Below are positions 40,701-50,803 of a stretch of 64,000 bases of DNA, piece after piece. The notes beneath the pieces are model-generated. The model was not told where the DNA came from. It was given only the letters and a program-made list of their open reading frames with translations, and did not search any database. The stretch lies in NCBI GenBank assembly GCA_009786125.1, contig WQTU01000138.1, positions 12,721 to 76,720 on the forward strand, in the 5' to 3' direction. Source of the stretch: Spirochaetota bacterium. Lineage in GTDB: Bacteria; Spirochaetota; Spirochaetia; CADAEX01. The position numbers and the translations under genes were made by a program. Positions within the stretch are counted from its first letter, which is position 1. Every line of letters begins with the position of its first letter.

Positions 40701-41588
40701 GAAGAGTATTTGCAAGTTTTAAATACAGATTCACTTTTGTCTCAAAAAAATGTTCCGGAAGATAATCATGAAGATGAAGAAGAGAATATCGGTTTAAAAG
40801 GAGCGGATTTTGGAAATATAATGCATAAAATACTTGAGACAGCTTCTTTTTCCAAAGTGCTGCAACATAAAGATATAGATTCTGCAATTGCAGACCCCGA
40901 GCTTCTTGATTTCGCAGAACAATGTGCAAGAGATTTTGTTAATTCCGAGCTTGCATATAAATCACGCATTTCAACAATAAAACTTTTATACAAAACTCTT
41001 GCTACACCCATAAACGCAGGAGGAGCACTTATACGAATCGGAGACATCCCCGAATCGGACAGAAAGCATGAACTTGATTTTATGTTTAAAATTAAACAGG
41101 GCAAAATAAATTTTGGAAGAGAATTAAACAATATTACATTGGAAGATGGTTTTATAAAAGGATTTATAGATATGATTTTTCGCTTTAATGGCTATTATTA
41201 TATCGTTGACTGGAAAACAAATTTCCTTGGTTCTTCTTTAAATGATTATGAATTGCCAAACCTTGAAAGAGCAATGATTAGCAATAATTACATACTGCAG
41301 ACACAGCTTTATACAATTGCGCTTGATATGCTTATTACTGCCGAAAACAAGAATAGCTTTGAGCAAAATACAAATAAATGGTGCGCTTCAATCGGAAATA
41401 ACGCAAAACACAGGCAAAATAATCTGGGCGGGTGCTTTTTCCTTTTTCTTCGCGGGCTTGATGGAGCAGGTTCTAAGACCCCGAAAAATGATTCCGCTAA
41501 ACTCCAGGAAAAGCAGGGGACAGGAGTTTATTTTACTCCACCTGATTATGATGCTATAGATAAATTTAAGAAAACATTTTTGGAATAG
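37767..41588 (+). CDS. recB: exodeoxyribonuclease V beta subunit RecB (UvrD-like helicase plus PD-(D/E)XK nuclease)
   Basis: IEASAGTGKTYSL (motif I); C-terminal nuclease motif GFIDMIFRFNGYYYIVDWKTN; 1273 aa. Confidence 0.9.
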   Translation: MEEFEIDLANLDKNIVIEASAGTGKTYSLEHLVVRYIAEKGYDISEILVVTFTKKATFELENRIRTLLKNKVREMDSGGNKVYAKRLKNAFSCFADSQIYTIHGFCQYCIHNFPFESGVSFRTSVMNSEDIYKEASFDYLRTAGYSELSEFYLSFRKKYKNFSDIIDLFISMIETRYVLKESEIIPDQQFVEKTEKYCKEFSSNKGELYSAIKQLSECDYTPPAMEEISKKMKLRFRGKTFETLSLLLGIIAKAQAVGEVFCDAFLEDAARLKKYSFDYLSENKDTSSLNSDELFLTRTVSDIFNALEMFKDSTPDEEKCNYVFHNIASYIFIKNASLKIIDFAQQKKKTAALFDFDDLIEITRKAVTMNNGNSPLANELRRKYKVVLIDEFQDTDLSQWEIFSTIFKGDQHKIVLIGDPKQSIYRFRGGDLEVYFKAVNALSNATAYRLATCYRSTDNIVKGVNDIFSKVFSFASGGGHKITYSNVKSCKDNPKLKKENKLQTSVVELIAIENETDEKSRTDVEKIVEAIYGNEIVFLLNQGVQPSSIAILMDTNDSCKSMLEYLKKLGVPAMYEGELNIFDSCEAYQFVDLLYALSYPNDMAMVRKSLFSEFFALSADDIINIENSLHMDRTAEIFALWSEKIAKGKLYEVFDEVFYKKNPVASLIREDKDINKPYFSRTLEELGGRRKAANVMQIYEMLIVKNMLEKQDAASLLRYMMSAMKGCEQVDDKSKRLENEPDCIKIMTIHGSKGREFRIVFFSGGFGSSKPLPAMENYYEFIEGEKRHIDFTKSTLSREKQFLELWEEKKRLYYVAMTRASEKLYIPVIKNSPGTDLVSFYASLVFDKLSGEFAKNGIDFSIPVNTQKISLPKDMKVTEFNTLFCNRSFELIEDFCKNKQYLKFRKTKSCEIIDAQDLVKDNKEDLEISALSCPTPLYKKDDAIKGFWVYSYSMLVRNAPQHDLEIRNLETRGKEPDNEEYLQVLNTDSLLSQKNVPEDNHEDEEENIGLKGADFGNIMHKILETASFSKVLQHKDIDSAIADPELLDFAEQCARDFVNSELAYKSRISTIKLLYKTLATPINAGGALIRIGDIPESDRKHELDFMFKIKQGKINFGRELNNITLEDGFIKGFIDMIFRFNGYYYIVDWKTNFLGSSLNDYELPNLERAMISNNYILQTQLYTIALDMLITAENKNSFEQNTNKWCASIGNNAKHRQNNLGGCFFLFLRGLDGAGSKTPKNDSAKLQEKQGTGVYFTPPDYDAIDKFKKTFLE

Positions 41589-41600
41589 GAGCTTAAGAAA

Positions 41601-43427
41601 TTGCAAAGAGAAACTTCTTTTTTTGACAAGTATTTTAACTATGGAATAGCTCCGGTAAGCTTCATGCTTGCAAGATTTATTTGCACACAATATGGGAAAA
41701 AAGAAGATAGTACTCTTTTTTATTTTATTATTGCATTGTCTCTTATTTTTGACAGAGGTCATATTAGAATTTCTATTGACGAAATAACAAGCGAGTTTGA
41801 AATAATTAAGCTTTCAGCAGTAAATGATTTTGAAAAAGAGTTTTATTCTCTTGTCGCAAAAGCAATAATAAATCCCGAAAAAATAATAAAAGAGAACCCG
41901 GATATATTTTTACCTGTTGAGCAACTTGTTGCGCAAATAGATGGAAATACCGACATAGCTAACAAAACAATTCCTAAGAAAAAAATTGATTCAAAAACAA
42001 GAGCGCCTTATATCTTGCTTGATAATCAAAAACAAATCTCCACAGAAAAACTTTATTTTGAAGAAAAAAGATTTATCGAAAAAATATTAAATTATATAAA
42101 AACAAATAGAAGTAAAAAAGAAACCCCCGTATTAGATAAAGAAGAAATAGAAACCGTAATTGCTGCAATAGAAAAAAACAACAATATTATACTTGAAGAA
42201 AAACAAAAAGAAGCAATAGAAAAATCATTTAAAGAAAAATATCTGATAATCGCAGGAGGTCCGGGAACAGGAAAAACAACAGTAATCAAGGTCGTTATAG
42301 AAGCGCATCTTTTAATTAATCCTTCTTTATCGGGAATGGTTGCTGTGGCTGCGCCTACAGGAAAAGCAGCGCGCCGCCTCGAAGCTGTGCTTGGAAATCT
42401 TGTGACTGGCGGAAAAGTAAAAAAGCCGAAGACAATACACAGCCTTCTTAAACTTGGCTACAGAGAAAGAGATGCATTTGCACTTCTTCCCTACAGAATG
42501 ATTGTTGTAGATGAATCATCAATGCTTGACCTGAAAATGATGCAGGAGTTATTTGCAATGGTTCATGCAGAGTGTTCACTTGTAATGGTCGGTGATCCGC
42601 AGCAGCTTCCTGCAGTAGGCAGCGGAACTCTTTTTTCTGATATAACTGATGGTTTGGAAAACAGCTCTCATCTATTGCACCAAAGCCATGTTATTCTTAA
42701 AAGAGTAAAAAGATCGCATGGAAATATTCCCGAGTTTACAGAAAATATACGAAAAGGAATTTATAAAAAAGAAGATTTCAAAGAAGAGAGTAATATAAAA
42801 CTCCTGACGCCTGATTTTGATACACTTTTGAATTATGCAAAAGAAAAATACAAAAAATTAGCGCTTTGTGCAAAAGAAGGAAATCAAGAGCTTATGCTTG
42901 ATGCACTCTCTTCTTTTGTATTTCTTGCTCCATATAATTACGGCCTCTTTGGCGCAAGAAACCTGAATCATCAGCTTGCAGGTTATTTTGCCAACGGGAA
43001 AAAGCCTTTTTTTCAGGGATTGCCAATTATGATAACAAAGAACGATTATGATAATGGTCTTTATAACGGCGACAGGGGAGTAATAATTTTTGATAATTCC
43101 ATCTATTATACAATATTCAAAACAGCAGATGGGGGGATAAAGCAAATAGCAGCTTCTATTATGAAAGAATGGGAAGTTTCGTATGCGCAGACTGTTCATA
43201 AGAGTCAGGGCAATGAATATGATTCAGTAGCTGTTGTTATCGCAAACGAGACAGACCATACTTCCTTATCCAAGTTAATTACAACTGAAATACTTTACAC
43301 AGCAGTTACAAGAGCTAAAAAAGAAATTACAATTTTTAGCGAAGAAGATACAATGAGGGAAGTGCTTAAAAGAAAAGTCAGCAGAAACTCAGGAATAAAA
43401 AAAGTAATGCTTTCTGCTAACTTTTAG
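41601..43427 (+). CDS. recD: exodeoxyribonuclease V alpha subunit RecD
   Basis: IIAGGPGTGKTT (Walker A), IVVDESSMLDL, VHKSQGNEYD; 608 aa. Confidence 0.85.
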   Translation: MQRETSFFDKYFNYGIAPVSFMLARFICTQYGKKEDSTLFYFIIALSLIFDRGHIRISIDEITSEFEIIKLSAVNDFEKEFYSLVAKAIINPEKIIKENPDIFLPVEQLVAQIDGNTDIANKTIPKKKIDSKTRAPYILLDNQKQISTEKLYFEEKRFIEKILNYIKTNRSKKETPVLDKEEIETVIAAIEKNNNIILEEKQKEAIEKSFKEKYLIIAGGPGTGKTTVIKVVIEAHLLINPSLSGMVAVAAPTGKAARRLEAVLGNLVTGGKVKKPKTIHSLLKLGYRERDAFALLPYRMIVVDESSMLDLKMMQELFAMVHAECSLVMVGDPQQLPAVGSGTLFSDITDGLENSSHLLHQSHVILKRVKRSHGNIPEFTENIRKGIYKKEDFKEESNIKLLTPDFDTLLNYAKEKYKKLALCAKEGNQELMLDALSSFVFLAPYNYGLFGARNLNHQLAGYFANGKKPFFQGLPIMITKNDYDNGLYNGDRGVIIFDNSIYYTIFKTADGGIKQIAASIMKEWEVSYAQTVHKSQGNEYDSVAVVIANETDHTSLSKLITTEILYTAVTRAKKEITIFSEEDTMREVLKRKVSRNSGIKKVMLSANF

Positions 43428-43503
43428 CCCGCCTCTACTCAAGCAAGTTCTAAAACAAGAATAAGTCTGGCCCGAAGTCCTAGAATTAACACATGCACTG
43501 CGT

Positions 43504-44001
43504 CTAAGTGTTTTTGTCTCCGCGCGCCATAAGAGTAACGCCTGTTCTCACAATTTCCAAGACACCGTAAGCTTCAAATGTTTTTTTAACAGCATCTATT
43601 TTCTCCGGCTGTCCGCTTACCTCAAAAGAAATTGTTTTATCTCCTATGTCAACAGCAACTCCCTTCCACGCATTTATAAGCATGAGAAGATCAGATCTTT
43701 TATCTGAAGTACAGTTTATTTTAAGTAACGCAAGCTCTCTTTTTATTATGCTCTTATCTGTATTATCAATAGCATGAACAACATCGACAAGCTTGTTAAG
43801 TTGTTTAATAATTTGCACAAGCGCTTTCTTGCTGCCTGTTGCAGTTATTGTCATCCTTGAAAACTCCGGACTGTTGGATTCTGAAACAACAAGGCTGTCT
43901 ATATTATAACCCCTTCTTGAAAAAAGAAGAGCTATTCTTATAAGAACTCCCGGTTTATTGCTTACAAGCAGACTTATTATATATTTTTTTGTTTCTTCCA
44001 T
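43504..44001 (-). CDS. ilvH: acetolactate synthase small (regulatory) subunit
   Basis: ACT domain IISLLVSNKPGVLIRIALLFSRRGYNIDSLVV; immediately downstream of ilvB. Confidence 0.85.
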   Translation of the reverse strand: MEETKKYIISLLVSNKPGVLIRIALLFSRRGYNIDSLVVSESNSPEFSRMTITATGSKKALVQIIKQLNKLVDVVHAIDNTDKSIIKRELALLKINCTSDKRSDLLMLINAWKGVAVDIGDKTISFEVSGQPEKIDAVKKTFEAYGVLEIVRTGVTLMARGDKNT

Positions 44002-44004
44002 AAG

Positions 44005-45732
44005 TTATGCGCCTCCTGTGGACTTGCTGGCTTTCTTTTTTGGCGGTTCAAGAATCATGTCGCTAAGAGGAGCTCCGGCAGGAACCATTGGATAAACATT
44101 ATCTTCTTTTTCTACTTCAATATCAACAAGGCAAGGTCCGTCATTATATTTTAAAGCTTCGCTTAAAACCTTCCTAACATCCGCGCTTCTTTTTATAAAA
44201 AATCCTTTAATTCCGTAACTTTTTACAAGTTGCACAAAATTAGGATTGCCTACAAGGTCTACCCCGGACAATCTGTTTTCATAAAAAATATTTTGCCACT
44301 GCCTTACCATTCCAAGATATTTGTTATTTATAAGAATAATTTTAATAGGCAATTTATTATTGGCAGCAGTTGCAAGCTCGCTCATTGTCATCTGGAACCC
44401 GCCGTCCCCTACAATAACTACAACTTGTTTTTCAGGCATACCTATCTGCGCTCCAATAGCTGACGGAAGTCCGAATCCCATTGTTCCTGCTCCTCCCGAC
44501 GATATCCACTGATTCGGAAAAGATGTTTTATAAAATTGCGCTGTCCACATCTGATGCTGACCAACATCGGTTGCGACAATTGATTTTCCTTCTGTAAGTT
44601 TATAGAGTTCGTCCAATACGTGCTGTACTTTAAGTTTTCCTTCTTTTTTATATTTTAGAGGATACTGTTTTTTTAGCCGATTGACAGTTTTTATCCACTC
44701 TTCTGTATTGCCTTTTTGTGCAATAGCATTAATTGCCTCAACAATTTTTTTTGCATCCCCAACAATATCAAGATCAACCTGAATAACCTTGTTGATCTCG
44801 GCAGGGTCTATGTCAATATGAATTTTTTTAGCTTTTGCGCAAAAAGCATCTACTTTACTTGTTACCCGGTCATCCCAGCGCGCTCCGATTGCCATTATTA
44901 AATCACATTCCTCAAGCGCTTTGTTTGCATACGCTGTGCCATGCATTCCCGGCATACCCAAATTAAGTTCGTTAGTTTCAGGAAAACAGCCTTTGCCAAG
45001 TAACGTATTTACTACAGGTATTCTCATTTTTTCTACAAGAAAAGAGATTACCTTATGGGCTTTGGAAATAATTGCTCCGTGCCCGATCATAATAATTGGT
45101 TTTTTTGCTTCAGTGAGAAGTCTTGCGGCAGTTTCAATCTTTTTCTGATCAATTTCATCAGAAATATTATGGTAACCCGGCAAATCGAAATTTGAAGATA
45201 AATTCATAGGATCAATCTTTTTGCCCGATACATCTCTTGGCATGTCAATTAAAACCGGTCCAGGTCTTCCTGTTTGTGCAATGTGAAAAGCTTCTTTTAC
45301 AATCCTTGGAATATCTTCTATTTTTTTTATAAGATAGGAGTGTTTTACTATAGGCGCTGAAATTCCAAAAATATCTGCTTCCTGGAAAGCGTCAAGCCCA
45401 AGAGTATGCGTCGGCATCTGTCCGCAGATTACTACAATCGGAATAGAATCCATGTAAGCTGTAAAAATACCTGTTGTTGTGTTTGCGGCACCCGGACCTG
45501 ATGTTACAAGCACAACACCGGGTTTTCCGGTTGCTCGTGCATACCCATCTGCCATGTGAGTAGCGCCCTGTTCGTGTCTTGTTAATATAAATTTTATTGG
45601 AGAATCCAGCAAAGCGTCAAAAATAGGGATAGCAGAGCCGCCTGGATAGCCAAAAATATATTCAGTCCCTTCTTTGTGAACAGCATCTATAAGGATTTCT
45701 GCTCCAGTTTTCATTGTTGTACTCATTTTCAC
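44005..45732 (-). CDS. ilvB: acetolactate synthase large subunit (ThDP-dependent)
   Basis: ThDP-binding motif GDGGFQM...NN; 575 aa. Confidence 0.9.
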   Translation of the reverse strand: MKMSTTMKTGAEILIDAVHKEGTEYIFGYPGGSAIPIFDALLDSPIKFILTRHEQGATHMADGYARATGKPGVVLVTSGPGAANTTTGIFTAYMDSIPIVVICGQMPTHTLGLDAFQEADIFGISAPIVKHSYLIKKIEDIPRIVKEAFHIAQTGRPGPVLIDMPRDVSGKKIDPMNLSSNFDLPGYHNISDEIDQKKIETAARLLTEAKKPIIMIGHGAIISKAHKVISFLVEKMRIPVVNTLLGKGCFPETNELNLGMPGMHGTAYANKALEECDLIMAIGARWDDRVTSKVDAFCAKAKKIHIDIDPAEINKVIQVDLDIVGDAKKIVEAINAIAQKGNTEEWIKTVNRLKKQYPLKYKKEGKLKVQHVLDELYKLTEGKSIVATDVGQHQMWTAQFYKTSFPNQWISSGGAGTMGFGLPSAIGAQIGMPEKQVVVIVGDGGFQMTMSELATAANNKLPIKIILINNKYLGMVRQWQNIFYENRLSGVDLVGNPNFVQLVKSYGIKGFFIKRSADVRKVLSEALKYNDGPCLVDIEVEKEDNVYPMVPAGAPLSDMILEPPKKKASKSTGGA

Positions 45733-46077
45733 CTCTAACTATCTATATATTAATTAGAATATATAATATATGGATATTCTAATAATAAAAAAATGTCAAT
45801 AAAAAAACAAAAAAAGATAAAGTTTGGTGTTTTTTTCTTTTTGAGTTTCGATTCCAACCAAAAAAGTGTTTAAAACTGTTAGTTGCTACTTTTTTTCTTA
45901 AAAATCTGATAGATATAATCTAAATCTTGCTTTATTAATTAAAAAAATTAAAAACAAAGGAATTAAATTCTTTTATTTAAGAGAATTGTTTCAAATTTTA
46001 TAGTAAACTCTATATTTATTTGCTATCTTTCTTGATTTTCCTCTTGTTTTACTATACAATTGATTTAATTTACACAA

Positions 46078-46326
46078 ATGTCGAGCAAGATTATGGAGGT
46101 CTTTTTTATGAAAGTGACACTCAAGCAAACAGAAAAATTGTTGGCTGGAGAGGGGCAAAAATTTGAGCAATTTGCATTTTCCATGTTGTTGACGCGTTTA
46201 AGAGAGCGCTATGCGAAAGATTCATCGCAAGCTACTGTGGAGAGCTGTACCAATGAAGTAAATGCATTTTTAGAAAAATATAAGTCAATTATGGCAGAGG
46301 ACTATGCTATAATCCAGAGTTTATAA
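46078..46326 (+). CDS. hypothetical small protein
   Basis: 82-aa ORF 11 nt upstream of 46338; RBS ggaggcga precedes the next gene. Confidence 0.3.
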   Translation: MSSKIMEVFFMKVTLKQTEKLLAGEGQKFEQFAFSMLLTRLRERYAKDSSQATVESCTNEVNAFLEKYKSIMAEDYAIIQSL

Positions 46327-46337
46327 GGAGGCGATCA

Positions 46338-47297
46338 ATGTTAACTACATTTGAAGCAACATCTAAGTTAATTACGGATGCAAAATTGCTCCATATTGCC
46401 GGGACAGAGGCGTTGCTTAGAAAGCTGCCAATGGGGAGATGGATCGGCGGTTCTACCGAGTATTTTATGACAAAAGACGGCGGCAAAGTTTCCGGTGATC
46501 TATTATTTGTAACAGAATTTCCTTTCAAAAATTTTTCCATTAAAACATATAGTGCACAGGATATCAGTCAAGTGACGAAGGATTCATTTGACAATGGTTT
46601 TACTATTTTGGTCATACCATTTGACAGCGCAGTACACAAGGAGTACGCACAAAATGCCGCAAAGTATGAAAAAATGTTTCTGCGAAATATTGTCGGCTGG
46701 ATTTCCGGCATGAATTTGGGTATTCCTGACCAAGTGCCAATCGCTGTTAAGGGAAGCACAGGAGCTTTTACAGATAAAGCTGTTGCATTGCATATAGAAG
46801 TACCGGCGAACAAGACTGTGTCTGTTAATATCATCAATATTTTTGAGCAGGATACAGCATCACCGATAATTAACTTTACAGAAGAAGGGTTCTCGGCTAA
46901 AAAATGTCTTGTAGGCGGTAAAGAAGTCGTACTGGCTGATTACATTCTAAAAAATAATATAGACACCAAACTACCGCTTGTTGGGGATTATTCGGGAAGT
47001 GGTGTTAATATCTCGTTTAAATCTATTGAAAATGGGGTTGTAAATTTCTACGCGCCTGTATTTAGCGGCATTAATTACAGAATGGCGAAATCTATATCAA
47101 ATTATGAGAGTTTGTTCAATAAACGCGTTGCAAAGTATAAAAATAAAGAGGCTGTGTTTTCCTGCAATTGTATTCTTAATTTTCTTTATGGCGAACTTGA
47201 AAACAAAAAAATCGAGGCATTTGCGGGTCCAATTACCTTTGGCGAGATTGCTTATCAGCTTGTGAATCAAACATTGGTGTATGTCTCCATTACTTGA
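46338..47297 (+). CDS. hypothetical protein
   Basis: 319-aa ORF with RBS taaggagg; its stop overlaps the hlyIII start (ATGA-type overlap). Confidence 0.4.
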   Translation: MLTTFEATSKLITDAKLLHIAGTEALLRKLPMGRWIGGSTEYFMTKDGGKVSGDLLFVTEFPFKNFSIKTYSAQDISQVTKDSFDNGFTILVIPFDSAVHKEYAQNAAKYEKMFLRNIVGWISGMNLGIPDQVPIAVKGSTGAFTDKAVALHIEVPANKTVSVNIINIFEQDTASPIINFTEEGFSAKKCLVGGKEVVLADYILKNNIDTKLPLVGDYSGSGVNISFKSIENGVVNFYAPVFSGINYRMAKSISNYESLFNKRVAKYKNKEAVFSCNCILNFLYGELENKKIEAFAGPITFGEIAYQLVNQTLVYVSIT

Positions 47298-47995
47298 GGC
47301 TGGTCATGTCAAACGAAACAGGTTTTTTTGCTTTTTTTGAAAGATTAAAGTCAAAAAAGAAAGAAAGAAGAGAGCTAACAGTTCTTGAAGAAGTATTTAA
47401 TGCAATAACTCATGGTCTTGGAGTTCTTCTCGCAATTGCAGCAACTGTAATTCTTGTAGTTGTTTCTATAAAAAATGGGAGACCTGCATCTATTGTAGCA
47501 GGCACTGCTATTTTTGGGGCTACAATGATTTTTCTGTATCTGATGTCTACGCTTTATCATTCGCTAATTTTTACAAAAGCAGCATCTGTGTTTCAGGTTT
47601 TTGATCATTGCGCAATTTTTTTTCTTATTGCCGGCACATATACTGTAGTATCGTTTCAAGTTGGGGGAGCCTTTGGCTGGATGATGTTTGGAGTAATCTG
47701 GGGTCTTGCTATTATAGGAGTTGTTTTTGAAGCTGTCTTTAAATCAAGAGTAAAAAAACTCTCTATGATATTGTATGTTGTCATGGGTTGGTTTCTTATA
47801 TTTGTCTGGAATCCTGTGCTTGATAGTGTTAATTATGGAATGATTAAGTGGCTACTGGCAGGCGGCATTGCATATACCGGAGGAATTATTTTTTATAAAC
47901 TTCAAAGGAAGTATTTTTTTCATATACTTTGGCATATTGCTGTAGTTACAGGAACTGTATTACATTTCTTTGGCATTCTCTTTTATATAGTATAG
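47294..47995 (+). CDS. hemolysin III / PAQR-family channel protein
   Basis: Seven predicted TM helices; FNAITHGLG...; LYHS and HxxxxxH motifs. Confidence 0.8.
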   Translation: MRLVMSNETGFFAFFERLKSKKKERRELTVLEEVFNAITHGLGVLLAIAATVILVVVSIKNGRPASIVAGTAIFGATMIFLYLMSTLYHSLIFTKAASVFQVFDHCAIFFLIAGTYTVVSFQVGGAFGWMMFGVIWGLAIIGVVFEAVFKSRVKKLSMILYVVMGWFLIFVWNPVLDSVNYGMIKWLLAGGIAYTGGIIFYKLQRKYFFHILWHIAVVTGTVLHFFGILFYIV

Positions 47996-48102
47996 CATAC
48001 TGCCTGGAACGAGGCGAGGCATATGCAATCTTGCTGGAATATGCCAGTGACGCCCTCTGGTGAGCGCAACATTCTGCCGTATTAGCCGCAAATTGAGACA
48101 GA

Positions 48103-48145
48103 ACAAAAAAAAGCTGCCCAAAAACTTTCCGGGCAGCCTAATTCT
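48103..48145. terminator. terminator hairpin (gctgccc-N11-gggcagc), flanked by A8 on the plus strand (T8 on the minus strand), so mainly a terminator for the minus-strand gene 48163-48873
   Basis: Seen directly. Confidence 0.6.
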
Positions 48146-48162
48146 TTAGAAAAATATAATTC

Positions 48163-48873
48163 TTAGATTCTGCTAAGTCTGCCCATTAAAGCAGAAGCCC
48201 AATTTCTTACCTCTGTGCTGTAATTTCCAAACTGCACTTCTGTTATAGCCACATAAAGAAATCTTGGAGACGGCTCATCAGGAAAACCATTGTTTTTTTC
48301 TATAATTCTTTCTATAGCCAGAAGCGATGCAATAGCAAGGTTATTATCCGGAACTCTTTGTCTCGAATTATTCATAAGAACATTTGTTATGGCAATAAGC
48401 GATTCATTGTTTTCATTAAGACCAATCAGACCCAAAGAAAAAACAACCTGAGAAAGAACCATAGATTCATTTTCGCTAGGATTTCTTGTAATATCTATAA
48501 GAGTATCTCTTGCTCTTTCTCCGCCAAGCTCTCCCAGCACTCTGGCAGCCCTTGTTCTTACATCGGGAAAACTGTTTACTCTTCTTGATCCCTCTCTTAC
48601 AACAATAGTAGTGCCTTCTCCTGCAAGATTTGCAAGAACAGCATTAATATGTATATCATTTTGGCGTACTCTTCCTTCGGCAATCATCTGTTCGATCATC
48701 TCAAGCGCTACAAGTTTTTGCTCTCTTGTTTCAGCAGCAGCAAGCGCCGCAATAACCTCAACTTCCATGCTTGGTCTTAAGAAGGCTTCTTCAACAGTTT
48801 CCTGAGCAAAAACTGGGGTAGTTATTGCAAGTATTACTATAATAAAAATTATTTTTTTCATTTTTTTCTCCAA
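48163..48873 (-). CDS. secreted HEAT/PBS-lyase-like repeat protein
   Basis: Signal peptide MKKIIFIIVILAITTPVFAQ; repeated ...ARVLGELGGERA.../...VVFSLGLIG... HEAT-like units. Confidence 0.5.
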   Translation of the reverse strand: MEKKMKKIIFIIVILAITTPVFAQETVEEAFLRPSMEVEVIAALAAAETREQKLVALEMIEQMIAEGRVRQNDIHINAVLANLAGEGTTIVVREGSRRVNSFPDVRTRAARVLGELGGERARDTLIDITRNPSENESMVLSQVVFSLGLIGLNENNESLIAITNVLMNNSRQRVPDNNLAIASLLAIERIIEKNNGFPDEPSPRFLYVAITEVQFGNYSTEVRNWASALMGRLSRI

Positions 48874-48897
48874 ATTTACTAATATAATTTATTTTTT

Positions 48898-49500
48898 TTA
48901 ATTTCTCAAATTTTCAATTTTCCAGTTGCCATCAATCCTAACCAAATGATACAACACCAGCGGTTGTTCATCAACATACATATATGCTCTTACAGTATTA
49001 TCGTCAATAAATGAAATATTATCAAGACGAACATTTGCTCTGCTGGGAACTACTACATAATCAAAATAATCTCTTAAAGTTCTAAGTACGATCCTATGCC
49101 TTCTTAATACATCGGAAGATTCTGAAATTTGCCTTAGATTATCCCGGTTGCTAAAATGGTCTATATAGTTTTGCGTAAGATAGGTTTTCCATGCTGTAAA
49201 ATTCTCGTTGCGAATAATTGTGTTCAAATCTGCAATAAGAGACTCAACATCCGAAAAAGTTTGCTTATAAACTGCTTCTAAAACATTCTGATTATTGACA
49301 GGCTGCGATACTTTTTCTTCAATTATCGTATCCTGTACCTGTATCATATCCTGTACCTGTATTGTTTTTGTTGTCTCTTTGGTGGCACATGATGTAAGTG
49401 CAATTGTTAAAAAAGAAATAAGAAAAATGCAAATAACATTCTTGAAAACCGTAATATTTTTCATATAATTTATACCCTTGTATCTTTTATAATATAACAT
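48898..49500 (-). CDS. hypothetical lipoprotein
   Basis: Signal peptide plus lipobox-like LTSC; 200 aa. Confidence 0.4.
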   Translation of the reverse strand: MLYYKRYKGINYMKNITVFKNVICIFLISFLTIALTSCATKETTKTIQVQDMIQVQDTIIEEKVSQPVNNQNVLEAVYKQTFSDVESLIADLNTIIRNENFTAWKTYLTQNYIDHFSNRDNLRQISESSDVLRRHRIVLRTLRDYFDYVVVPSRANVRLDNISFIDDNTVRAYMYVDEQPLVLYHLVRIDGNWKIENLRN

Positions 49501-49692
49501 TATATTACTTTATGGCGTTTTGTCAAATTTTATACACGACAAACGCATGAATTATGAAGGCAAGGAATTAATAGCATTTAATGCAATGTCAGCTAAGTCT
49601 TTACCCTGTAATGAGTTACAAAATTTCATGCGTTTGGTGTGATTATTTATAATACCTACAATCAGATTTTTTGTAAAATTAAAGGTGTTTTT

Positions 49693-50190
49693 ATGGAGCT
49701 GGCAATGATTAGGGCAGTCTTTCCGGGATCTTTTGATCCACCAACAAACGGGCACATAAATGTAATAAGCAGAGCTTCTAAAATATTTGAAGAGCTTTTT
49801 GTAGTTATATCTGTAAATCCGCAGAAAAACTGCTTTTTTACTCCAAAAGAGCGCCTTGAAATGATGGAAAGTATTTTAACAGGATATGATAATGTTAAAA
49901 TCTGTATATGGGATAAGCTAATAGTAGATTTTGCTTCTGAAAAGGATGCAAAGCTTATTGTAAGAGGCGTAAGGTCTATTATGGATTTTGCGTATGAACT
50001 TGAGCTTTCGATGATCAATAAAGGGCTAAAATCAGATATAGATACTTTTTTTATCCCAACAGATTCAAAATATTCACTCCAACGGTCTTCGGCAGTTAAA
50101 GAACTTGCATCTTTTGGAGGTGATATATCCGATATGGTTCCAAAAGTTGTAGAAGAAGCGCTTAAAAAGCGTTTTGGCACTGCTTATTGA
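49693..50190 (+). CDS. coaD: phosphopantetheine adenylyltransferase
   Basis: AVFPGSFDPPTNGHINVI (T/HxGH motif); RBS aaaggtg. Confidence 0.9.
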   Translation: MELAMIRAVFPGSFDPPTNGHINVISRASKIFEELFVVISVNPQKNCFFTPKERLEMMESILTGYDNVKICIWDKLIVDFASEKDAKLIVRGVRSIMDFAYELELSMINKGLKSDIDTFFIPTDSKYSLQRSSAVKELASFGGDISDMVPKVVEEALKKRFGTAY

Positions 50191-50300
50191 CATTGAAGCT
50201 GCTATAGATTATGTTTTTTAGTATTAATAAATCTGTTATTATATTTTGATATGCAATATGTAATAATATTATAGAGAAGAGTAAAGTAAAGAGGTTATAA

Positions 50301-50489
50301 ATGGCTGTACCAAAAAGAAAACCATCAAAAGCAAAAAGTAGAACAAGAAAGTCCATTAATATGAGAATAGCTGTTCCTACATTAAGCGAATGTGGAACAT
50401 GCGGTAATAAAATTGTTTCACACAGAGTATGTCCAAAATGCGGATTTTATAAAGGAAAACAGTATTTACAGCTTGAAGAAATGGCGTAA
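50301..50489 (+). CDS. rpmF: 50S ribosomal protein L32
   Basis: MAVPKRKPSKAKSRTRKS...; zinc-ribbon CxxC...CxxC. Confidence 0.85.
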   Translation: MAVPKRKPSKAKSRTRKSINMRIAVPTLSECGTCGNKIVSHRVCPKCGFYKGKQYLQLEEMA

Positions 50490-50566
50490 ATAATATATAA
50501 GTTATTCCTTTTTGTAGTTGTTTGATTAGATAGCAAAGCAACAATTATTTGATTATAGGAGAAATT

Positions 50567-50803
50567 ATGGACGAACTTTTCGATAAAGTTAAGAAAATTA
50601 TTGCTGAAAAACTAGATGTTGATGAGTCTAAAATTACCCCGGGAGCATCTTTCAGGCAGGATTTAGGAGCAGATAGTCTTGATACGTATGAACTTGTATA
50701 TGCTCTTGAAGAAGAGATGGGCATACAAATCCCGGATGAAAAAGCAAATGAATTTGAAACAGTTGGCGATGCCGTAGAATTTATTAAATCAGTTGCGAAA
50801 TAA
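50567..50803 (+). CDS. acpP: acyl carrier protein
   Basis: [17 protein letters not shown] (phosphopantetheine attachment Ser in DSLD); RBS aggag. Confidence 0.9.
   Translation: MDELFDKVKKIIAEKLDVDESKITPGASFRQDLGADSLDTYELVYALEEEMGIQIPDEKANEFETVGDAVEFIKSVAK

Noticed and set aside
35624-41131. Numerous 65-135-aa minus-strand ORFs
   Set aside because: Antisense to recC and recB in AT-rich sequence; helicase and nuclease motifs support the plus-strand genes.
45733-46077. T-box or attenuator leader upstream of ilvBH
   Set aside because: The region is extremely AT-rich, and no specifier/T-box consensus (AATTAGGGTGGNACCGCG) or leader peptide rich in Ile/Val/Leu codons could be identified by eye.
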